From assembly GCA_037189525.1 (NCBI GenBank), contig JBBCJC010000002.1:1216001-1280000 (forward strand): DNA of 64,000 nucleotides. The letters are read 5' to 3'. The notes beneath the pieces are model-generated. The model worked only from the letters and a program-made list of their open reading frames with translations. It made no database searches and was not told where the DNA came from. Position numbers and translations under genes: made by a program. Source of the DNA: Gemmatimonadales bacterium. GTDB lineage: Bacteria; Gemmatimonadota; Gemmatimonadetes; Gemmatimonadales; GWC2-71-9. Shown piece by piece: positions 37,201 to 43,908 of this stretch (position 1 is the first letter of the stretch; every line of letters starts with the position of its first letter).

Positions 37201-37636
37201 GCTGGATCCGTTTCAGGAAGCTCGCATGCAGGAGCGCATTGGCGCGCGTGGTCGAGAGACCGCTGGTTGGTACGTAGGAGTTCCGGAGCACGGGCCGCGG
37301 CACGACGACGATCTGTTCGTCCTGAACCGAGGGAACGAACGGAATCCGGTTGAGCAAGGAGTCCAGGGCTTCACCCACGGTCACCGACTCGCAGCGACAG
37401 TCGACCAGATGACGCTGTGGCAGGAGACTGCGGCTGAAGGCAATGGGGACGCCAGACTGCTTTTGAAGCTCGATCAACGCGTCGGCCACGGGTGTCGCGG
37501 CAACGGTTAGCCGAGCATCCCGGAGCAGGAGGTCCCTGCTCCGGCTCAGGCCTCCCGCATAGACGACCGGTGACTGTGCCGCCAGATCCAGAGCCCCCAT
37601 GGATAAGGCGACGGTCACTGCGAGTACCCCACGCAT
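34208..37636 (-). CDS. SusC/RagA family TonB-dependent receptor with N-terminal STN-like signalling domain
   Basis: IRIRG..S, [46 protein letters not shown]; terminal F. Confidence 0.93.
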   Translation of the reverse strand: [1142 protein letters not shown]

Positions 37637-37686
37637 ACCTGACCCCCCTATCGAGTGTTACGGAAAGCGTGCTGAGACGAGTGTTA

Positions 37687-38646
37687 CTACTGTCGCGGTG
37701 TAACCGTGATCACGCCGCGTGTGATCCCACATTTTGCATCAACGACCTGACAGACGACCGACAGAACCTGCTCGAGCGGCTGGTCGGCGAACGAGGCACT
37801 GACCAGTTGTGATGACAAGGTGGAGTCCGTCAGCACGACCCGGACGCCGAACTGCTCCTCGATTTCGTGCATGACACTGCCGAAGGGCGAGTCCTGGAAG
37901 AGCAGGCTTCGTCCCATCCAGCCGACCAGTCGCCGAGGATGCTCCACTTTGATCACGCTGGCCGGCGCGCGCTCTTCCAGCGTGGTCATCTCTCCGGCGG
38001 AGACTTCGATGCGATCGTTACCGCGATGCACCGCGACTTTGCCCTCGACCACGACGACCCGGATCCGCTCCTCCGTGGTGCGCATTTCGAAGCGGGTGCC
38101 AAGCACCGTCGCACTCCCGTTCGCGCTGTTGACGGTAAAGGTGCTGCCCGGTCGTTTGGCGATCGCGAAGTAACCCGTGCCTTCGAGCCATACTTCGCGT
38201 CGGGAGGTGCCGCCCGTCAGGACCAGCCGGCTTCGCTCGGCCAAGCGGACCACGCTGCCGTCGGGCAGTCGCGCCGTCGTGCTCTCACCATCACCCGTGG
38301 TGATTTCGGCCGGTATCGTTGGATCGGTGGCGTCACTGTTTCGCCAGGAGGCGCCGATGCCCACGGCAAGGATCAGGACGGCTGCCAGCGCCGCCACCTT
38401 GGCCCAGCCGGGAATGCCGCGCCGGCTCGGTGCCGGGAACCGGCGTGCATGGGTCGCGATCAGTTCCTTGGCGCTCGGGCGACCGTGCGTATCCGGCTGA
38501 CGGAGTTGTTCCAGGACGCCGGACAGACGAGCCAGGTTCTGGTATCGTTGCTCGTTGGTATTCGACTCGGCGCGCCAGGCCGCAAGGATCACCGCTTCAT
38601 CGTGCGAGATGTCTCCTTGCAGCGCGCGCAAAATCAGATCATCCAA
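37687..38646 (-). CDS. fecR: FecR family anti-sigma/membrane sensor
   Basis: TM helix; LPDGSVVRL, REVWLEG, VLGTRF, VVEGKV. Confidence 0.9.
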   Translation of the reverse strand: MDDLILRALQGDISHDEAVILAAWRAESNTNEQRYQNLARLSGVLEQLRQPDTHGRPSAKELIATHARRFPAPSRRGIPGWAKVAALAAVLILAVGIGASWRNSDATDPTIPAEITTGDGESTTARLPDGSVVRLAERSRLVLTGGTSRREVWLEGTGYFAIAKRPGSTFTVNSANGSATVLGTRFEMRTTEERIRVVVVEGKVAVHRGNDRIEVSAGEMTTLEERAPASVIKVEHPRRLVGWMGRSLLFQDSPFGSVMHEIEEQFGVRVVLTDSTLSSQLVSASFADQPLEQVLSVVCQVVDAKCGITRGVITVTPRQ

Positions 38647-38744
38647 GGAGACCGTCCATGGTCGAATGACGCCGATATGTCATGAGTACTCCGATGTGAT
38701 ACAACGAACGTGATGGCCGATGTTACTTCGGGAAGTATTTGGGG

Positions 38745-39353
38745 CTAGAGCTTTCGGAGGTGACTGCGGATCGGGCGGACCGATCGATCATCGGTGTCAT
38801 CGATGAGTCGCTCGACCGCACGCCAGAGGCGGGTCATGCCCAGACTGAGGAGATTGGAGACCGTACCCGGAGCCAGACCGGTTACGGCCGCGACTTCCGA
38901 TCGGGTCAGACCCTGAATGCGGCTCAGGATCACGATCTCTCGCTCGCGCGCATTGAGCTGATCGAGTGCCTTGTAGACGGCATCGATCAGTTCCGCTTCT
39001 TCGAGGGCCTCGCCGATCGGCGGCGCGGACGATGTGACGGGCAACGAACGGAGGTTGCGTTCGATCGCGGCCGCATGCCGGCGGTGATCGATGGCCAGAT
39101 TTCGGACCATCCGAAACAGAATCGGGCGCGCACCGCTCTGCCCGTCCCATCGCGCGCGATGATCCCAGAGCCGGATGAATGCTTCCTGAACCAGGTCCTG
39201 TGCGATGTCGGGCGTGTCGAGCCACCTGGTGGCGTAGTCGAGCAATGCTCCCCAATGGCGTTCGAGAATGTCCTCGAGCGCTGCTTCATCGCCTGTGGCG
39301 AGGCGAGCCATCAATTGCCGATCGGCGGCCGTTGGGGCCGATGGATCAGTCAT
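38745..39353 (-). CDS. ECF sigma-70 factor (FecI-like)
   Basis: GDEAAL, AQDLVQEAFIRLW, RNLAID..R, region 4 EVA...G...GTV. Confidence 0.92.
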   Translation of the reverse strand: MTDPSAPTAADRQLMARLATGDEAALEDILERHWGALLDYATRWLDTPDIAQDLVQEAFIRLWDHRARWDGQSGARPILFRMVRNLAIDHRRHAAAIERNLRSLPVTSSAPPIGEALEEAELIDAVYKALDQLNAREREIVILSRIQGLTRSEVAAVTGLAPGTVSNLLSLGMTRLWRAVERLIDDTDDRSVRPIRSHLRKL

Positions 39354-39534
39354 GATCAGTTTGTGCGGGAGGAAGGGTGTCGGTAACGGCAAGGCCGTCA
39401 CTCGATCCGTCGAATGTATCGCGCGATCGACGCGGATGCCATATGCGTGTCTCGTCGTTCACGATACTGGTGTCCGAAATCCCTTCGGATCACAGTATCT
39501 TCAAATGCGTAGCTGGCGAGATCTGCGCAGAGGC

Positions 39535-40566
39535 TTAGAGCGGGAGGATCGCGGCCTGCTCGAAATCGGCGTGAATCGAGACACGCTGGTTCAGCGCGAG
39601 ATGGACGGATGGTCGGGCGGCACAGCGAAGTTCCGTCCCCGACGCGAGGCGCACATGATAGACTCGGCTTGCACCCCGAAAGGTCTGGCCAAGGATGGTG
39701 CCGATACCGTTGGGGTCGGGTGTGACCGACAGCGCCTGAGGGCGGAGCAGGATCTCGACCGGGCGGCCTATCTCACCGCCGGCCTCGACCGAGAGCACGC
39801 CCAATTCGCAGACCACGCCCTCCGATGACACCGTGCCGCGAAGGAAACTGGCCGGACCAAGAAAGGTGGCGACCGTGCGGGACACCGGGCGATGGTACAC
39901 CTCTTCGACCGGCCCGGCCTGCTCGATCCGCCCCTCATTCATGACGGCAACGCGATCGGCCAGGTCGAACGCTTCCTCCCGATCGTGGGTCACCACGATC
40001 GCGGTCCGCCCGGCCTGTTTGAGGATCCGCCGGATTTCCTGACGCAGTGCGCTCCGGTTTTCGGCGTCGACATTCGACAGCGGTTCGTCGAGCAGGATCA
40101 ATGCGTTGGCTGGTGCAATCGCGCGGGCCAGCGCGACCCGCTGCTGTTCGCCGCCCGAAATCTCGTGCGGATAGCGGTCGCCCAGGCGACCGACGCCGCA
40201 TTGGCGCAGTAGGGACTGGATTTGGTCCGCTCGCTGCGCATTGTGCGTGTTCAGGCCGAAACCCACGTTGGCCGACACGGTCAGATGCGGGAACAGGGCC
40301 AGGTCCTGGAAGACGAAGCCGATGCCACGTCGTTCGGGCGGCACCTTGCCGGCGACGAGGTCGCGGCCGCGCAACAGGATCTGTCCTGCATCGGGCCGTT
40401 CGAATCCCGCGATCAGGCGCAGCGTGGTCGATTTGCCGCAACCGCTCGAACCCAGCAGAACGAGGATTTCCCCCTCGTCCAGCGTGAACGACAGGTCCTG
40501 CACGGCCGGATGCGTCGAGCCGCGATACTGCTTGACCAGGCCGGTGACCGAGAGAAACGGCGGCAT
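39535..40566 (-). CDS. fbpC: Fe3+ ABC transporter ATP-binding protein
   Basis: GSSGCGKST, FQDLALFPHL, ISGGEQQRV, TOBE tail. Confidence 0.88.
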   Translation of the reverse strand: MPPFLSVTGLVKQYRGSTHPAVQDLSFTLDEGEILVLLGSSGCGKSTTLRLIAGFERPDAGQILLRGRDLVAGKVPPERRGIGFVFQDLALFPHLTVSANVGFGLNTHNAQRADQIQSLLRQCGVGRLGDRYPHEISGGEQQRVALARAIAPANALILLDEPLSNVDAENRSALRQEIRRILKQAGRTAIVVTHDREEAFDLADRVAVMNEGRIEQAGPVEEVYHRPVSRTVATFLGPASFLRGTVSSEGVVCELGVLSVEAGGEIGRPVEILLRPQALSVTPDPNGIGTILGQTFRGASRVYHVRLASGTELRCAARPSVHLALNQRVSIHADFEQAAILPL

Positions 40567-40571
40567 CGTCG

Positions 40572-42203
40572 TCAGACCGTCGGGTGGCGCCGGAGGCGGG
40601 TCAGGAGCGCAACGGGCACCAGGCCGGCAACGACGATCGCGAGCGCCGGCGGTGCCGCTTCGACCCAGAGCGATTCGGTGGTGCGCTGCCAGATCTCGAC
40701 TGCCAGGGTGTCCATGCCGAAAGGTCGAATCAGGAGTGTGGCCGGCATTTCCTTCATCACATCGAGACCCACGAGCACCAGCGCAGTGAGTAGTGACCCT
40801 CGCAGGAGCGGTGCGTGAATCTCCTTGAAGACCCCGTTGGGAGAACGCCCCAGGCCTCGGGCTGCTTCATCGAGACTCGGCCGGATTCGGCCGACCCCGG
40901 CCTCGACCGTTTGAAATCCGGGTGCAAGAAAACGCACCAGGTACGCAAAGAGCAAACTGATCCAGGAGCCGACCAGGAAGATCTCGATGGTGCGGCCCAG
41001 GAGTCGCTGGCTGACTGATGCCGTCGCCTGATCGATTGCTGCAAGCACCAATAAGACGCCGACAGCTGCGACGGAACCGGGAACGGCATAGCCCAGCGTC
41101 GCGACCCGCGCCGCGGCCCGGAGCCCCCAGGTGGGGAAAAGCCGGATACCGTAGACCAGCACGACGGCAGCCAGGACGACGAGCACGGCGGCAACCGTCG
41201 CCAGCCAGATGCTGTTCCATGCGAGGCTGCCGAGATTGTCGGCCACCCGTCCGCTCGCCTGCGCCTCGAGGGTCCAGCGGATCAGGGTGAGGGCTGGCAC
41301 GACGAACCCGGCCAGCAGCACCCCGATGCACGCCAGCGGCGCCAGCCATCGCGCACGGCCGCGTAGGCTCCGGAGGTGCGTCGTCATGGTGCGTCCGTGG
41401 GTCTGGGCAAATCGCGCGCGCCCGCGGGCCAGCCGCTCGGTGAGCAGGACCAGGGCGGCCAGCACGACCAGGACGGCGGCCAGCTGCCCGGCGGCTTCAC
41501 GATCGAACATGCCGAACCAGACCCGATAGATGGCGGTCGTGAAGGTGCGATATCCGAAGGTCGACACGGTCCCGAAGTCGCCCAGCGCCTCGAGCATCGC
41601 GAGCGCGACACCGGCTACGATGGCCGGCCGGGCCAGCGGCAGAGCGACGCGCCGAAATGCGCTCCAGGGACTCGCACCGAGCGCACGAGCCGCTTCCATG
41701 TGGTCGACCGTTTGCTCCGCAAAGGCCGTCCGGGCCAGCAGGTACGGATAGGGATACAGTACCAGCGACATGACGATGACGAGCATCGGCAGGGAGCGCG
41801 GGTCCGGCAGTTGAAAGGTCGGACCGAGGAGTTCGCGGAGACCGGTCTGGATCGGTCCGGCATAGTCGAGCAGCCCGACGACGACGAATCCGACCACGTA
41901 CGCCGGCATGGCCATCGGCAGCAGCAAGGCCCAATCGAAAAAGCGACGACCGGGGAACTCGGTCGTCGCCACCAGCCAGGCAAGGCCGGTCCCGAGGAGC
42001 GCGGTGCCGGCGCCGACGCCGAGCAAGAGCCAGAGCGTGTTGAGCGCCAACTCGCCGAGCACCGTGCTGGCGAGGTGCGCCCAAACGTCCCAGCGGGGTT
42101 CGAGCAGATTGGCGCCGACCGCCACGATCGGAGCCGCGACCACGAGCGCCAGCATGGAGGCCGTGAAGACCCAACCACGCCGGCCGCTCGAGACGCGGAT
42201 CAC
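40572..42203 (-). CDS. fbpB: Fe3+ ABC transporter permease
   Basis: Duplicated permease; PMAMPAYV, LYPYPY, EAARALG, KEMPATL. Confidence 0.92.
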   Translation of the reverse strand: MIRVSSGRRGWVFTASMLALVVAAPIVAVGANLLEPRWDVWAHLASTVLGELALNTLWLLLGVGAGTALLGTGLAWLVATTEFPGRRFFDWALLLPMAMPAYVVGFVVVGLLDYAGPIQTGLRELLGPTFQLPDPRSLPMLVIVMSLVLYPYPYLLARTAFAEQTVDHMEAARALGASPWSAFRRVALPLARPAIVAGVALAMLEALGDFGTVSTFGYRTFTTAIYRVWFGMFDREAAGQLAAVLVVLAALVLLTERLARGRARFAQTHGRTMTTHLRSLRGRARWLAPLACIGVLLAGFVVPALTLIRWTLEAQASGRVADNLGSLAWNSIWLATVAAVLVVLAAVVLVYGIRLFPTWGLRAAARVATLGYAVPGSVAAVGVLLVLAAIDQATASVSQRLLGRTIEIFLVGSWISLLFAYLVRFLAPGFQTVEAGVGRIRPSLDEAARGLGRSPNGVFKEIHAPLLRGSLLTALVLVGLDVMKEMPATLLIRPFGMDTLAVEIWQRTTESLWVEAAPPALAIVVAGLVPVALLTRLRRHPTV

Positions 42204-42216
42204 GGGTACTTCGGAG

Positions 42217-43224
42217 CTAGCGATACCCCACCCGGTCCGCGAGCCGTACCGCGGCGGCCTGAGATTCCCCGGCCGCGGCCGTGCCGATATCGTCGGCCTT
42301 GAAGGTGCCGAACGTCGCCAGCAGCGCGTGCGGAGCTACCGCCTGGTTGACGGGGTACTCGAAGTTGCCGTCGCCGATGATCCGTTGCGCTTCGGGCGAG
42401 GTCAGGAACTCGAGCAGGGCAACGGCGTGATCGCGGTTCTTGGCGTGTGCCGTGACGCCCGCGCCGGAAATGTTGACGTGGACGCCGCTACCGGCTTGAT
42501 CGGCCCAGAACGGCGCCACCGGGAAGCCCGGCTTCTGATTGATGAGGCGGGCCAGGTAGTAGCTGTTGGTGATGCCGACATCGATCTGTCCCGCCGCAAT
42601 TGCTTCGAGCAACTTGCTGTCGCTGTCGAAGATCACCGGCTGATTGGCAACCCAGCCTTTGACGATCTGTTCGACCTGGGCCTCGCCGCTGCGTTTGATC
42701 CAGGAGGCCAGCAGCGACTGATTATAGATGTTGTTCGAACTGCGGAGACCGAGCCGCCCCTTCCACTTCGGATCGCCTAACGCCGCGTACGTCGACAGCT
42801 CCGCCGGTTTGACCCGCTCCGTGCTGTACATGATCGTGCGGGCGCGGACGGCAATGCCGAACCAGCGGTTTTCCGGATCGCGCAGGTGCGCGGGAACGTT
42901 GGCCGAGAGGGTCCGCGACTGGATCGGGGCCAGCAACCCCGCTCGGGCGGCGTTCCAGAGGTTACCGGCATCGACGGTGATCAGCAGGTCCGCCTTGGTA
43001 CGCGGCCCCTCTGCTCGCAGCCGTTCGAACACCTCGTTGTTGTTGCCCGAGAAAAATTCGACTCGGATTCCGGTCCGCTTGGTAAACTCGGCGAAGACCG
43101 GCTCCGAGCCGTAGTGTGAGCGAGATGAATAGACGTGGACGACCTTGCCCTGTGCGCCAGCCTCGGCGCCGACGGACGACAGGGCCACGACAGAGAGCGC
43201 AGCGAAACGAAGCGGGGCAGACAC
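42217..43224 (-). CDS. fbpA: Fe3+ ABC transporter substrate-binding protein (FutA/FbpA)
   Basis: YSSRSHY, TVDAGNL, YNQSL, NSYY, HVNISG, NFEYP; GAGGAG before GTG. Confidence 0.92.
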   Translation of the reverse strand: MSAPLRFAALSVVALSSVGAEAGAQGKVVHVYSSRSHYGSEPVFAEFTKRTGIRVEFFSGNNNEVFERLRAEGPRTKADLLITVDAGNLWNAARAGLLAPIQSRTLSANVPAHLRDPENRWFGIAVRARTIMYSTERVKPAELSTYAALGDPKWKGRLGLRSSNNIYNQSLLASWIKRSGEAQVEQIVKGWVANQPVIFDSDSKLLEAIAAGQIDVGITNSYYLARLINQKPGFPVAPFWADQAGSGVHVNISGAGVTAHAKNRDHAVALLEFLTSPEAQRIIGDGNFEYPVNQAVAPHALLATFGTFKADDIGTAAAGESQAAAVRLADRVGYR

Positions 43225-43285
43225 GGGGACTCCTCGACGGTTGGCGAAAGCCACGGAAGTGTGATCGAATCTCGTTTCCATGTAT

Positions 43286-43305
43286 TGAGAATGAGACTCA
43301 TCTTT
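43286..43305. promoter_or_regulatory. Canonical-spacing Fur box (TGAGAAT-G-AGACTCA) upstream of the Fe3+ ABC operon
   Basis: GAGAATGAGACTCATCTTT matches 13/19 of GATAATGATAATCATTATC. Confidence 0.6.
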
Positions 43306-43508
43306 TATTGCTCTCGCGCACCATTGTCGCTCTACCCGACTATCCCGTCAAGCTCCCTCCCTTATCGCCCGTGGGTCAGGCCCAGGGCGCTGCTCTACCC
43401 GGTGTCCCGCATTGTTTTATCGGCGGTGGAGAAGACTCTACCGAGGACAGAAGGGGCGATGACGATCTGCGGCTCCTGACGCAGGTCCCGAAGCTTGGCG
43501 GAGCAAGA

Positions 43509-43557
43509 CCCCTTGCACTTCTACAGGGCGACGATACTCTTGTAGAAGTACAAGGGG
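43509..43557. promoter_or_regulatory. Double PadR-type operator overlapping a TTGCAC..TACTCT promoter
   Basis: CCCCTTGCACTTCTACAGG..CTTGTAGAAGTACAAGGGG near-perfect inverted repeat directly before padR. Confidence 0.65.
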
Positions 43558-43562
43558 ACGTT

Positions 43563-43892
43563 ATGAACGAACGACTCGACCTCCCGCAGGGCACCCTCGA
43601 CCTGCTCATCCTCCGGGTGCTTTCGACCGGTCCGTTACACGGATGGGCGGTGTCCGAGCGGATCAGCCAGGTCTCGCAAGCCGCGCTGCAGATCCCGCAA
43701 GGGTCGCTCTATCCCGCGCTGCATCGGTTGGAACGCCGAGGCTGGATCAGCGCGGAGTGGGGCGCGTCGGAAAACAACCGCAAGGCCAAGTACTACGACC
43801 TGACCCGCTCGGGCCGGTGTCGGCTGGAGGAGGAGGCCCGGGAATGGGCCCGTCTCACCACCGCGGTTTCCCTGGTGCTCGACCTGGCCTGA
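43563..43892 (+). CDS. PadR family transcriptional regulator (Acidobacteria-type)
   Basis: QGTLDLLIL, HGW, GSLYPALHRLE, SENNRKAKYY.LT..G. Confidence 0.95.
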   Translation: MNERLDLPQGTLDLLILRVLSTGPLHGWAVSERISQVSQAALQIPQGSLYPALHRLERRGWISAEWGASENNRKAKYYDLTRSGRCRLEEEAREWARLTTAVSLVLDLA

Positions 43893-43908
43893 TCGCCGAG
43901 GTGTCGTC

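Noticed and set aside
39463..39499. Imperfect inverted repeat between fbpC and the ECF sigma gene
   Set aside because: Could be a terminator or an operator, but has no U-tract or second copy to support a call
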